A DNA stretch of 63,520 bases, the filler included, from Atractiella rhizophila (taxonomy: Eukaryota), in NCBI GenBank assembly GCA_021432655.1. It is 8 parts of 7 records of this genome, joined end to end, with 100 filler letters (N's around TTAATTAATTAA, not from the genome) between each part and the next. Parts side by side here need not be neighbours in the genome. Positions count along the whole stretch, not along the records: positions 13,809 to 25,024 come from MU271974.1; positions 25,125 to 38,793 come from MU271975.1; 6 more parts are not named here. The stretch is one strand, 5' to 3'. Below the pieces are notes generated by a model that saw nothing but the letters and a program-made list of their open reading frames with translations, did no database searches and was not told the origin of the DNA. This document shows positions 14,442-26,744 of the stretch, one piece after another. A program made the translations under genes and the position numbers. Every line of letters begins with the position of its first letter. Within the stretch, counting starts at the first letter, position 1.

Positions 14442-14982
14442 CCGGGTCGTTTTTTGACACTTTTTGGGTTTCCGTTTCTCCCTCCTCCTCTTCCTCGCCG
14501 TCTTCATCTTCGTCCTCATCCTCATCCTCATCCTCTTCCTCTTCCTCTTCGTCCTCTCCCTCAGCCTTGTCACCCTCGATGGCCTTCCTCAGCCCCTCCA
14601 ACTGATCCTCTCCAATCTCGTCCTCATCCTCGTCTTCCTCTTCCTCTCCCTCTCCTTCAGACAATCCATCACGCAACATCCCCTCCAACTCGTCCACCTC
14701 GCTCCCCAAGAGCTCCACCATCCGCTCCATCGCTCCTTCCACATCGTCTTCCTCATCTCCATCCTCTGCAGCACCCTCCTCTTCCTGCTCTCCATCTGAC
14801 TCTTCGGCTGCTACTGGCGCTTTTGGCGCTTCTGGCAAATCTGCTTCTACCATTTCGACGTCTGAGGGTTTGGAAGATTTGGGAGATTTTGAGGATTTAG
14901 ACGGTTTCGAAGTCTTTTTGAGCTTTGCAGACGTTGAAAAAGCTGGTTTCCCCAAGCTGGTACGCGCTTTTGAAGGGGCCAT
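14442..14982 (-). CDS. First exon of a nucleolar-type acidic protein, probably rRNA-processing protein EBP2; remainder lost at the spacer
   Basis: Basic N-terminus, long E/D tract, ending TQKVSKNDP then a GTCAGT donor. This resembles the start of the EBP2 conserved domain, but the diagnostic domain itself is not in the contig. Confidence 0.5.
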
Positions 14983-15288
14983 TTCACTGGCAAATGTTGT
15001 GCAAGTGATCTACAAGCCTGAAAATTTGTTTGATCCTAAACTACAAACCGGAAAAGCCAAGCAAAGTGTTAATGATTAAATGAGTGTGACGTCACAGCTG
15101 CAGTGAAGTTGGAATCTGAGTTGCATCACTCGCGAAGCTCGATTATTGCATCCGCCAGCTGCTTTATAACCCCACTTCACCACTCCAGCCTCAGCATCAC
15201 CACCTCAGCGTTAACGACTTCTAGCACAACGACTAACGATTCGAAGAACAATTGTAGGACTCGAAGAGCCCAGGAAATTGATTAAGAA

Positions 15289-18200
15289 ATGGAAGAAACG
15301 ACCCAGCACCACCTCAACGAGCCTCACAGCGCCGTGAATCCCATTCCCAGCACCAACACGGCAGACTCGACGACAGCGACGACGACTCCCTCCGCTCCAA
15401 CGGGGACTACGAATGGCGAAGTGCGGAAGGACCCCATCACCGGCGGGGACGTGGCGCTGAAGTCCTTTGCGGACGCAGACGTCAAAACGACGATCGAGAA
15501 GAGCAAGGAAGGCCGCGCGAATCTGCTCTTCTACAAGTTCCCGCCTCCGGATTGGTCGCTCTTCAAGACTCGGACGAACGCGCTCATCAGCCAGTACCTC
15601 GCCTTCGTCTTTGTATCTTCTTCCCTCCTCCGGCTCGTCTCCAAGGGATACTTTTCGAGCTTCTTGCAGCTCGCACTCATTGCTGGAGGCGGGTATTATG
15701 TGCAGCAACAGGTGGCGAGGTTGGACGCGGAGGTCATGTTTGGGGGAAGTGAGGTGCAGAGAGGCGAAATGGCGTTGAGAGATGAGGTGCCGGAGAGCAC
15801 GGAGTGGTTGAATGCGTTTTTGGGAACGCTTTGGCCTATCATCAATAGCGACATGTTTGCGGGAAGCGCAGATATGATTGAAGGTCTGTCCCCGTCTATT
15901 CTTCCTTCTTCGTTTTCTTTTTGGCTGACTTGGTGAGACAGATATCATGCAACAGTCACTTCCCAAGTTTATCAAGATGGTCAAAGTAGCGTCTATCCAC
16001 CAAGGAACACGAGGAGTTCGCATCTTGCACATGAAGACTTTGAAAGACTCAGAGTTTTCCGACATCGAGAAAGAAAGGGAGAAGAAGTTGGCGGAAGAAG
16101 AGAAGAACTCGCTTCAGGCCATAGGAAGGGAGAAAGCGGCGAGCGAGAGGGCGGAAGAGAGGGCGGGGAAGTACGTCAACCTGGAACTCACCCTGGCGCA
16201 CCAGTTCGTGTCCCCTCCTTCCCTCCTTTTCACCTGTAGACATGATACGGAACAGTGCATCGCCCACCAAAAACCCGAAACGGCCGCAGAACCCGTCCAT
16301 CCAACTCCAGTTCTACATTGGTGCCATCGGCCAAACTATCAACTTACCCATCTGGGCTGAAATCCTCGAGCTGCTGGTCACTGTCAGGCTAAGGCTTCAA
16401 CTCACACCCGACCCGCCGTTCCTCAAGAACCTCACTTTCAGCTTCTCGAGCTTGCCAAAGGTCGGGGTGAGCGTCTTGCCCATGAGCAGGAGCTGTGAGT
16501 TTTTTCTTCTACACCCCACAATTGCTTTGTTCCATTCGCATTCGTTAATTATTTAAGGATAACGGAGTCCTGATTAGATTGGTGATGTGCTGTGCCTAAT
16601 GTCGTGGATTTACCGGTCATCAAAGGATTGGTACAGAGCTCAGTCGAGGTAGCAATGAAGGTTCGTTCACCACGCTCGTTCGAATCTCGCTTATTGAGGA
16701 GCGGGCGGACGAGTAGGAATTCATGGTGCCCAAGTCCATGACGCTCGATGTGGGAGAGATCTTATCTGGAGATGGAATCAAGAAGAAACTCGACACTTGG
16801 GGTGTCGTCTTCATTCGCTTGCACTCCGCCTCCAATCTGCACCCTCACGATCAAGCTGGTTCGACTTTTCATCTCCTTTCTCACCATTTGAGAATTGATT
16901 GTTTGGTGCTGGTGTGACAGGCAAATCCGACCCTTACTTCCTCCTCTCTTTCTCCAAATTCGGAAAACCTCTCTATTCGACCCGGGTGATTGAGNNNNNN
17001 NNNNNNNNNNNNNNNNNNNNNNNNNNNNNNNNNNNNNNNNNNNNNNNNNNNNNNNNNNNNNNNNNNNNNNNNNNNNNNNNNNNNNNNNNNNNNNNNNNNN
17101 NNNNNNNNNNNNNNNNNNNNNNNNNNNNNNNNNNNNNNNNNNNNNNNNNNNNNNNNNNNNNNNNNNNNNNNNNNNNNNNNNNNNNNNNNNNNNNNNNNNN
17201 NNNNNNNNNNNNNNNNNNNNNNNNNNNNNNNNNNNNNNNNNNNNNNNNNNNNNNNNNNNNNNNNNNNNNNNNNNNNNNNNNNNNNNNNNNNNNNNNNNNN
17301 NNNNNNNNNNNNNNNNNNNNNNNNNTAGGAAGCTTCCGAGTTTCGAGAAGCGTATCAGGGTTTGAAACTCGAAGTCGAACTCCCGATAGGGTTACTTTGT
17401 TACAGCAATTTAGGACACACACCCTTGCCTCTCCAACACTGTTTGGCAACTCTCGACGGCGTAGTCCTCTCCACTAAAGCTTCAGCAAGTTTTCGAGGTT
17501 GCAGGGGTTCAATTTTAACTCGTCCAAGAATCCTTCGACGCATAGCTACGAAGACTTGTCCTAGCTCTAGAACTAAAAGGGCATAGGCTGCGGTAGTCGC
17601 TACGATATTTTCAACCTATGGACGTCGGTAATGCAATGTCTGCAGTTAAGTTGAAGAGAGAGGGTCGTTAGGTTGTTTCACTCGCTCTTCCTGGCCCCTC
17701 TGCTTGTGTCGACCGTAAGAAGTTGCGAAGTGGCTACAACTCGACTTGTCACGGGTACTCGAAGAGCAGGCTCAGGGGAGGAGGAAGAGGTTTTGTCGCT
17801 GGCGCTTGAACCGGCTGGAGGTTAGTCCGTTCTTGAAAAGGCAAGGGCGTAACTTCTTTCGATGGCAGGTAAGGTTAGAGTTAGTCAAATAGTCGGCTCC
17901 CCACTGCCTACTGTGTGCTAACCGACACATTCGAAACTGCGCTCAGAACATCTACCGGAGTAGTAACTCTATTTCGAACGTTATCGACGAACCCCGCAGT
18001 AGAGGGAGAAGGAGGACAGGTTAGTTAGGTCGCAGTCGTAGAGATTTTGGCTGTTGATGTCGAGCACTTTGTGGTTGCTCCTATGGGAGGCGGACGAGGA
18101 GGCGTGGTTGCGAGTAGAAGAAGGAGACGAACATGCACAAGGATCGGAATACAGACGGCTCCAGGTGCTAGACTACGTGATACTGTCTCTACTGTGGCGA

Positions 18201-19176
18201 GCGATAGGGTCGTGTTGTTAGGCAGTTGGGGGGAGGAGCAGGTGTTGGTGTTGTCGCCTCCCTCCCTAATGCGTGCTATAAGACCTAGGCCTCCGCACGT
18301 GTTATGTAGGAAGAGGACGCGGACATTGAGGAAATTGAGACCCAAGAACAGGAAGTTTAGGACACTATAGGACCCTAGGCGCGGTAGGCAGGAGTCAAAG
18401 AGTAACTCCCGAGCTTACAGCATCTTGCGCTCCAGGGTTACGTTTCATGGGAACAGAGGTAGGGGGAACATACTAAGCTACCCCTTCTTTCGCTATACCA
18501 GAGAGGGAAGGCGGCGCTGTTTGGGCCACCAAGGGTTTACACCTGCCCGTGACGAAACGAAATTCGTACGCTTTTCGCATCCTCCCTCGTCGAACAATCT
18601 AAAGCTCGAGTGCTGCAGTGCTATCTTCTGGGTCACGTTTAAAAAGAAGTCTAAGCTTGCGGGATTCAACAAGCACGTATATGCCGTCGCGAATAAAAGA
18701 CTGGCGGACATCGTTGACGACCAACCAACGGATTTGGAGCTCGAGGTCGTACTTCCTAAATCTGGGAATAATGCTGAAGGGGATTCTGCTGGCTCATCGA
18801 GCGAGAGCGTATGCCCTCCTGCCGTCTACATGTCTTTAGGACAACGATTGATTTTGTGTTTGATGGACAGGAGGAAGATCTTAATGAGAATCTCGGCGAC
18901 AAAGAAGTGATTGGAAAGATCAAAGTCTCGGTCATCTTCCGTCGTGGTAGGACCACGGCACATTCAGACGATAAACAGGCAACAAGGGCATTGACGGATA
19001 CGTCAACGGGAAGTGACGATGTGCGCCACTTTTATTTTCCTCTTAGCAAGTTGAACTGATTAGTTGTGTAGGATAAGAATGTGGCTGGCAAAAAGAAGGG
19101 CTTTTTCGGAAAGCTCAAGAGCAAGGCTATGCCGAAGCTCGATGGACAGGGCCCTGGAGTAGAAAGCGAGGCGTAA
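15289..19176 (+). CDS. Mug190/tricalbin-like SMP + multi-C2-domain membrane protein; interrupted by an N gap and a reversed block
   Basis: PESTEWLNAFLGTLWPIINSDMF (SMP); LRLQLTPDPPFLKNLTFSF; GKSDPYFLLSFSKFGKPLYSTRVI (C2A). Reversed block supplies GTLHWDLAFY...PPDPEYPSGVISVIVHQIVDL...PSSYCKLYLNDEAIYKTR (C2B). Forward again from ~18492: GGAVWATKGLHLPVTKRNSAIF...YAVANKRLADIVDD...IGKIKVSVIFRRG, stop at 19176. Confidence 0.85.
17326..18491. other. Block written reversed but not complemented (holds internal exons of the Mug190-like gene)
   Basis: Reading the given bases right-to-left without complementing gives open frames with C2-domain motifs and GT-AG introns that fill the missing part of the flanking gene. 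Confidence 0.93.
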
Positions 19177-19433
19177 AATAAAGTACATGAGCGAGGATGC
19201 CGATGTTTCCAAAAGCGGTTGTGGTGTTTTCTCATGTTTCCGATGACCAAAGGACGACTTGAAAGGACTGCCGATAATTCGCGTTTCTCCTTTGCTTTGT
19301 GTATCATAAACAAACAGCATTGTAAATACGATCTACGGGAAATGAGCACAAATGGACATCTAGTTTTGCTCTCTCTCATTGTGCCTCATTATTCTCTTAT
19401 CCTTTCGCCATAACATAATGAACTACAGATTCC

Positions 19434-19958
19434 TCAAGCTAAATCGGCGAATCCAACAAGATTATAATCCTATGCACCGCATTCAGTTTGTTCGTTGAGC
19501 ACTGATGGGATAGAAGGTGAGGTTTACAGACCTGGTCAAATACTGTATAGGTATTCTGCATAAAAACGTCCCCCAGAATCCAACTTGCATCTCCCAGGCC
19601 CACGTCGAGACCAACGAGAGCGCCGACACACCGAGAGCTCCCCATGCTCACCCTTCCAAGATTAAAGTATTTAGTGTCCACAACCCACTCTTTACCATCA
19701 TCAAAAGTGAAACCCAGCTACACCAACCAACAAAGGGCAAATTCAGTTTCAAGTCTCTCTCAGACTGGAGAGGAGAGACACACAGTTGGGTTTGTGGCAC
19801 ATGGGAACGTGTAATAACCTGAGTTTCCATACTGTGCCGACCCAGTGACTTGATCCCAGAACGTGGTGGCGTCGGAAGGAGGAGCGACAATGATACTTGT
19901 TCCAGTATCAATGATGGCGTTGATGTACGCAAGAGGATTCCCATTCAAGTGAGCTAAA
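19434..19958 (-). pseudogene. 3' fragment (C-terminal lobe) of a pepsin-like aspartic protease
   Basis: LNGNPLAYINAIIDTGTSIIVAP...YYTFPC...WILGDVFMQNTYTVFD; 5' end cut at the duplication junction. Confidence 0.85.
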
Positions 19959-20463
19959 GTATATGCCGTCGCGAATAAAAGACTGGCGGACATCGTTGAT
20001 GACCAACCAACCGATTTGGAACTCGAGGTCGTACTTCCCAAATCTGGGAATAATGCTGAAGGAGACTCTGCTGGCTCATCGAGCGAGAGCGTAGGCCTCC
20101 CCCCTGCCGTCGACATATCGTTAGAACAACGATTGATTTTGTGTTTGATGGACAGGAGGAAGATCTTAATGAGAATCTGGGCGACAAAGAAGTGATTGGA
20201 AAGATCAAAGTCTCGGTCATCTTCCGTCGTGGTAGGACCACGGCGCATTCGGACGATAAACAGGCAACAAGGGCATTGACGGATACGTCAACGGGAAGTG
20301 ACGATGTGCGCCGCCTTTTATTTTTGCTCTTAGCAACGTGAACTGATTAGTTGCGCAGGATAAGAATGTCGCCGGTAAAAAGAAGGGCTTTTTCGGAAAG
20401 CTCAAGAGCAAGGCTATGCCGAAGCTCGATGGACAGGGCCCTGGAGTAGAAAGCGAGGCGTAA
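19959..20463 (+). pseudogene. Orphan duplicate of the last exons of the Mug190-like gene
   Basis: Copy of 18677-19176 with no upstream exons. Confidence 0.8.
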
Positions 20464-20721
20464 AGTAAAGGACATGAGTGAGGGTGCTGATGTTTTCAAA
20501 AGCGATTGTGGTGTTTTCTCATGTTTCCGAATGACCAAAGGACGACTTGAAAGGACTGCCGATAATTCGCGTTTCTCCTTTGCTTTGTGTATGATAAATA
20601 AACGGTATTGTAAATACGATCTACGTGGAATCAGTACAAATGGACAGCTCGTTATTCTCTCGTTGCGTCTCATTATTCTCAAATCCTTCGCTGTGTCATG
20701 ACACGATAAACTACAGATTCA

Positions 20722-21770
20722 TCAAGCTAGATCGGCGAATCCAACAAGATTATAATCCTATGCACCGCATTCAGTTTGTTCGTTGAGCACTGATGGGACA
20801 GAAGGTGAGGTTTACAGACCTGGTCAAATACGGTATAGGTATTCTGCATAAAAGCGTCCCCCAGAATCCAACTCGCATCCCCCAGGCCAACGTCGAGACC
20901 AACGAGAGCGCCGACACATCGAGAGCTCCCCATGCTCACCCTTCCTAGATTAAAGTATTTGGTGTCCACAACCCACTCTTTACCATCATCAAAAGTGAAA
21001 CCCAGCTACACCAACCAACAAAGGGCAAATTCAGTTTCAATTCCAAGTCAGACTGAAGAGGGGATGACACACAGTTGGGTTTGTGGCACATGGGAACGTG
21101 TAATAACCTGAGTTTCCATACTGTGCCGACCCAGTGACTTGATCCCAGAAGGTGGTGGCGTCGGAAGGAGGAGCGACAATGATACTTGTTCCAGTATCAA
21201 TGACAGCTAACAGAAGCAGACGCGCTTGAGACCAAAGACGCACGAATTCCCTCTTGATCTCCAAGACCTTCGGAAAACTGACGCCTCCAACTCTTGGCCA
21301 TCTTCATGAATCCCTCAGTCTCGTTATCGTCGTAGACAGCGCGGGCCTCCCTTGGATGCGACTCCTCATTCCGTTTTCGTGCATCCAACGCAGCTTGGTA
21401 CTTGTTGGCCACAAACTGAAGGTGGCCCTACTCGCCCTACATGAGTGATCATGCGTAAAAGTGGAGTGAGAGGACTCACCGAAACGGCAGAGAAGTTGAA
21501 TGTCCCGTCCAAATTAGTTGCTCCAGCCCAAACATGTTTGATGAGTGGAACGGAATATCCGACGTTACTGATGATGGCGGAGGGATCTGGTATCTGGAGA
21601 TCGAACACATTGGGATTTTGATGAGGGGAGAAAGTGTGATTTGTAGACGTGGCGTTCGAATTGGTGTCGTTGTTCGTTGAGGTCCCATTGATTGGAGAAA
21701 CGGAGGAGGACGAAGAAAGTTGAGCACCAGCCTGGATAACAAGGAGGAAGAGAGAGAGCATAATGTCCAT
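20722..21770 (-). CDS. Secreted pepsin-like (A1) aspartic protease lacking the N-terminal lobe; possibly a pseudogene
   Basis: Signal peptide MDIMLSLFLLVIQAGAQ, N-glycosylation-rich pro-region, then directly VIDTGTSIIVAPP...YYTFPC...WILGDAFMQNTYTVFD; only one DTG motif. Confidence 0.7.
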
Positions 21771-22738
21771 CCACCTGGGAAGGCGAAAAACAAAGTACTA
21801 AGCGATATTGAAGACGCGACAGCGGCGTTACCAGCCTCGATATGCACCTGTGCAGCAGAAGAAGTTCTGAAATCGTGAAGGGAGGCTTTTCAAGCGTTCC
21901 TCCTTTTCCTGCAGCTTTAGATTGTGACACAAGACCGTGGCGCAGATCCGAGATGACCCCTTAAAGTCGCAAGCACCATTTGGAAAAACGCTAGAATGTC
22001 TCAGAGAATGTCTGAGAAAATCACGAGGTGGGAAGCGGGAAGGCAACAGGAACTTGAACATCCTTTGAGAGAAGTAGGACTCAGTCGTTGCTGGCCGGAG
22101 CGAGATGGAAGAACAACGGAAAGTCGCTTTCGCTGGATACTGTGCGCTGAACCTGAGATTGAGGTAAACTGTCGATAGCTTGCCGGGCAAACATGCGTTA
22201 CTTAAAGCCCTCTTTGTCAGCCTTATCTGTGGAGAGTCAGTGGTTCATCAAATGATTTTTCAGATTTTCGCTTCTTCTAAATCATGATCATGAGCCTTTC
22301 AGCTAATTCAGCCCAAGAAAGGGACTATTGAAAATCAGACCTGAAGTTGTCGGTGATAGCTTCACCGTCAGCCATGACACACGTTCCGGTCTATCCTCAG
22401 CCATACAACACATTTTGGGCGTGTTTCTTGCGTGTTCTTTCAATAGGGATGGGAAACCAAGAGGTAATTTTCAATCTTTCTGCGGAGTCTACGACCTGAA
22501 GCTGACTTACGTCTCTGCGGGTCTGTCGCCGATGCCACCGAAGGTCCTGTCAGCTTTTCCTGCAAGGATTCTGAACCGACGTAACGTATGCACCTGCCAA
22601 ATGCGCCATCAAAAGAGGCCCTGAAACAGGTGTAGAGGTATAAAAGTTGGAATATGTTGGCTTCTCTTCATCCAGCTACCTTTGGAGGCAAACACAATAA
22701 CGAGCGCCGCTACAATAGAAAATACTAAGAGTGACTAG

Positions 22739-23897
22739 ATGGGAGCACTTCAGAGAAAAACGGTGTTAATTATTGGATGTTCCGAAGGAGGTCTGGGATT
22801 TGAACTTGCGAAAGCTTTTGCGCAGGTACGTTCAATTTCTCTGTTCCTCTACCTACCATTACTGATGTGGGTTTGCAGAGAGGCTCTGTCGTTTTCGCCA
22901 CCTCTCGAAAGGTTGAAAGCATGGCTGGGCTAGAAGGTGAAGCTCAGAGATTGACTTTCTGGAAGAGTTTTCTCACAACTATTCTACTTCCAGAGCTGGG
23001 ATGTCATCTTGAAAGCCTCGATGTCACTTCGCCTGAGTCGGTCCGCAAAGCAGTAGAAAACATCCTCTCGCATCCTGATTCAAGTGGACGCATTGATGTC
23101 CTCATCAACAATTCTGGAGTACTGAAAATCGGTGCCTTCGTGGAATTCGAGTTTGAAAAGGAATTGCGGAATGTCCTTGAAGTGAATGTAAGAAGTATAT
23201 CCTTCTCATAAGCTTGATGCTGAAAATATACCCAGTTAACGGGGACCATGCGCGTCACGCACGAAGTGCTAAACAAGACAATGATGAAGCAAAAAGGTGG
23301 TTTGATCATCACCATTGGCTCATTTGTCGCTCAACTGTAAGCTCCCTCCGATGTCTGTCATTCGCCTAAGCGAACTGGACTAGGCCTCAAGTTTGGAGCT
23401 CGCCTTATTCTGCTGCGAAGGCAGGAGTGCACGCTTGGAGTGTGGCATTGAGAGAAGAGCTGAGACCATTTGGCATCGACGTCCTTTATGTGAATTCTGG
23501 TGGTATAAGATCGAATATGGGCAAGAAAATGCTTAGTGAAGCCATAATCAAAGACGGTTAGCACTTTCTCATTCCTTAAAGTAACAATTCTGACGTTAGT
23601 TCGTGGGAACCAGGCTCACCTTTCGCAGCCGCTGTTCTCTCACAAATCGAAGCAAGCGAGTCAATAGCGAAGAACAAAGCGACACCACCTGAGGATTACG
23701 CCAACAAAGTCGTCAATGCTACTTTCTCGTCGGCTGGAGAGTTAAAGAAGGGATCGAAGGTCAACAGAAGCCTCAACATTGGTCTTGGTGCTTCCATTGT
23801 TGATTTTGCTACTAGTTGGTTCAGCTTATCCTTTTTGATGAGCCTCTTGGCCAAGCAGGCGGGAGTACCGAAGGTTGACACAAATAAACTGCACTAA
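22739..23897 (+). CDS. Short-chain dehydrogenase/reductase, AYR1 (1-acyl-DHAP reductase)-like; multi-exon
   Basis: KTVLIIGCSEGGLGFELAKAF; LDVT; GRIDVLINNSG; YSAAK catalytic motif; LREELRPFGIDV; TATA-like TATAAAA at ~22639. Confidence 0.9.
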
Positions 23898-24366
23898 TAT
23901 CCATCGAAGGCAGAGATAACGTATTAGTAATTATACGATACCATTCATCCAACAACTCAGATCATGCGAGCTTAGGGGTGTCTAATATAGATGCCGTATG
24001 CTGTTACGAAACCAAAGACTAAGGAAATATCTGCGAAAATATTTAGAACTTGTTGGAACCTGGTTTTGATTTGGGCATTCTAATTTGCTTTGAACAGATG
24101 GACATTGAAGCATGATGGTGAGGCTATGAACTATGATAAGGTATAGTTAGCTTTGGAAAGATAAAAAGGTTTGAGTAGGGTGTGTCACTACGGCGGGATG
24201 TGCCCTGATATCGTGAGGAAGTGTTAAAAACTAATGAAAGAATCTCCATCAGCATTGATTCTTGGGCCTATAACTACCCCTATAACCTCTCCTCATTCTT
24301 GTTCTAACAACGTATTTCTTGTCTTGGAACGGCTGTACGAGCGAAAACCGCTTCAGCTCTCGTCCC

Positions 24367-25024
24367 CTAAGCAACAAGGAGACAGCTTACGAGAAAGGGG
24401 GCAAACCAACCGATGTCTAGATTTTTGAAATCCAAGCAGTGGTCGTCAAGAATCCGATAGAAGTTCAGAGTTTCGTCCCAGTTACCAAGTGTGCCGTCTG
24501 TGTTTGCAGGATGCTCGTCCGGTTTCTCAGGTGCATCAGGGGCAGCGTCAGATGCGTTGTCAGAGGTATTGTCTGCATGTCCCTCTGCACTTTCTGCCTC
24601 CGTCCCATCTGATTCCACTGGGGTTCCATGGGTGGTCACAGGCGACTACTGCCTTTTAGTTCCATTTCGAAGCAAAAGGAAGAGAACTTACCTTAGCCAG
24701 AATTTCGGCGGGTGAAGGGACCAACTGAGCGAGCCGGATCGCTTTGTTGAAGGAACGTGTTTCCCAGTCCATCAGAGCTGAAGTTATGTCGTCCCACGCT
24801 TGAAGAGCGGGGTAACGTTTATCGAGAAAAACTGGGAGGACGGAGCCGTCAATGAAATCCGCGTTCTCGAAGACACTCGACCTAAGGGTCACCACACTGT
24901 TAAAAACATTCATATGGGATCTGGGAACCGTACTGAGAAGGAGGGGTGGAAGTGTATGCGATTGATAATTGTGTTCCGTACTTCAATAGACTGGTTCGAA
25001 GGCGATGGAACTCTGCCAACAGCT
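24367..25024 (-). CDS. Hypothetical protein, internal/3' exons only; 5' part lost at the spacer
   Basis: Consecutive open exons separated by short GT-AG introns; no family recognised. Confidence 0.35.
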
Positions 25025-25123
25025 NNNNNNNNNNNNNNNNNNNNNNNNNNNNNNNNNNNNNNNNNNNNTTAATTAATTAANNNNNNNNNNNNNNNNNNNN
25101 NNNNNNNNNNNNNNNNNNNNNNN

Positions 25124-25659
25124 NGAAACTGAGGAAAGAAGTGCCTTGGTCTCCATCACCAAACCGCGCTTTTGCCAGCCGATCTTGCCCAGGTATTCCT
25201 CTGTCAAATATTATTGAATCGGTTGCTTAATACGAGAAAGACGGGGACGAACCAGAAGTACCTCCACAATATCTATTGTCCGAAGATCCATGTAAGGACA
25301 AACACTTAAAAATCAACAGCTGCTCTTACACTCTTGCGGTGTCCACTTCCCTAAAAGAATCCAATCGCAATAAATATCGCACCGACAATTGGTGAAGTGA
25401 AATACGAACGCATGTCCAAACGACTGGAAGATGTCAAGGATATTTTCGACTTCTTTCAGGTTGTGTACCCTTGCTTGCTCCTTCCCTTCTTCCCCGAACG
25501 TCATCTTGGTAGGTCCATTAGCACATGTTCAGTAGGTCGATCAGAGAAGTCCTACCGCACCCTATAAACCCGCCTCAGGTCAGCCTCAGGTCAGCAACGA
25601 AGAAAAAGAGCATCGAGACGCACCATCACAACTTTGAGCGCAGACTTTGGTTGCACCAT
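25124..25659 (-). CDS. Aldo-keto reductase AKR7 (aflatoxin B1 aldehyde reductase-like) copy A, 5' half; truncated by spacer
   Basis: MVQPKSALKVVM-GA-MTFGEEGKEQARVHNLKEVENILDIFQSFGH-EVDTARVYCGGTSEEYLGKIGWQKRGLVMETK; paralog of 27131-28656. Confidence 0.9.
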
Positions 25660-25787
25660 TTCACCTTAAACTTATCTTTTGGGAAATTCCTTCGGGGGGT
25701 TGATGAGAGGAGTGGCTGAGAGAAACTTGCGTGCAGCGCTCAGCTTTTTATGAGGGATGATGTCGGTTTGCATCAGTCAGATTGCAC

Positions 25788-25809
25788 AAGTGGAGGGCAG
25801 CCTCCACTT
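25788..25809. promoter_or_regulatory. Inverted repeat AAGTGGAGG-N4-CCTCCACTT upstream of AKR7 copy A
   Basis: Perfect 9-bp arms, conserved in the paralogous promoter at 28760-28783. Confidence 0.55.
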
Positions 25810-26469
25810 CGCTGACTTCGGCGACCTGACGATCGGGAGCAGGTGGATCGAATCGACTCCGGGTGGATGTAATATTGGGAGATGCACAACTGGAGTTGGG
25901 GAGTGGTCGTGCATTGATTAACTATCGGCGGCTACAGTAATTAGCAGCATAGGAAAACTGATGGGTGCCATCATGACATATTGAACGATCTGGTGGTCCA
26001 AATATAGGAAGCAATGTCAGGATTGCGGGTGAGAACACTTTTGATTTGTTGCTTCTTGACATGAAAGTGTACTCGATTCGGTATGAACCCGTTCGTTCGG
26101 AAAAAAGAACGATTGCATTGGGAAAGGTTTGAAAATTTGACAGTGCTTCATGACATTAAGCCTATTTGACATAGCAAGCTAGCTATGATATCAGGCATCA
26201 GAACTCCATCTCAAATAGTCACGCTCTTACCCAGATCTTTGAACTCTTGGTTTGCATTATCATCGTCTGGCCGAATGTCTATGTGTTCAGCGTCGTAAAG
26301 AGACTGATTGAATCTTTGATCTGCAATAGAAGCTTACGATAGAATAAGCATTACCGTGAACGAGTAGAGACGAGAGACACACCAAGCATCGTGCGCGTTC
26401 GCCTTGTTACTCCACTCTAATGTGAGGAAACGAAACGCACATTCCCGTCTGAGCTGCTCCAGAGTGCTC

Positions 26470-26744
26470 AACACAACATCATATTTTGAAGTTCTGAAGA
26501 TTGTGGAACCAGTCTTATCGACACATGGCCTCACAATGCCCGAGACAGCGTTGCGTTGGGTCAACCATCATTCACTTTTGAAGAAAGAATACGGCGACGC
26601 AGTCATCATAGGTGCTTCCTCCGCCCAACATATCAAACAAATCTTAAGGATTTGGAGAAGGGACCTCTGCCCGAACAGGTAGTGAAGGCACTGGATCAGG
26701 CATGGGAGATTTGCAAGCCTGTTGCGGCCAAGTATTATCATTAA
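26470..26744 (+). pseudogene. Inverted 3' fragment of an AKR7 gene with a frameshift
   Basis: YFEVLKIVEPVLSTHGLTMPETALRWVNHHS...IIGASS, 1-nt deletion near 26640, then LKDLEKGPLPEQVVKALDQAW; no upstream exons. Confidence 0.85.

Larger units (their letters stand above)
18677..21201. repeat. Diverged tandem duplication, unit ~1.28 kb (18677-19958 vs 19959-~21201), containing the convergent 3' ends of the Mug190-like and pepsin genes
   Basis: Both copies start GTATATGCCGTCGCGAATAAAAGACTGGCGG and align to ...CCAGTATCAATGA with scattered substitutions and small indels. Confidence 0.95.

Noticed and set aside
14480..14660. TCC/TCA/TCT trinucleotide runs and overlapping + strand ORFs
   Set aside because: Explained by the Glu/Asp tract encoded on the minus strand.
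17362..18370. Track ORFs 17362-17586, 18025-18345 and 18047-18370
   Set aside because: They fall in the reversed block and have no recognisable protein content.
17326..18491. Mirror blocks as genuine biology (a novel reversed-polarity DNA or decoding system)
   Set aside because: Both blocks abut assembly gaps, restore ordinary conserved genes when flipped, and have no plausible chemical mechanism; artefact is far more parsimonious pending raw reads.
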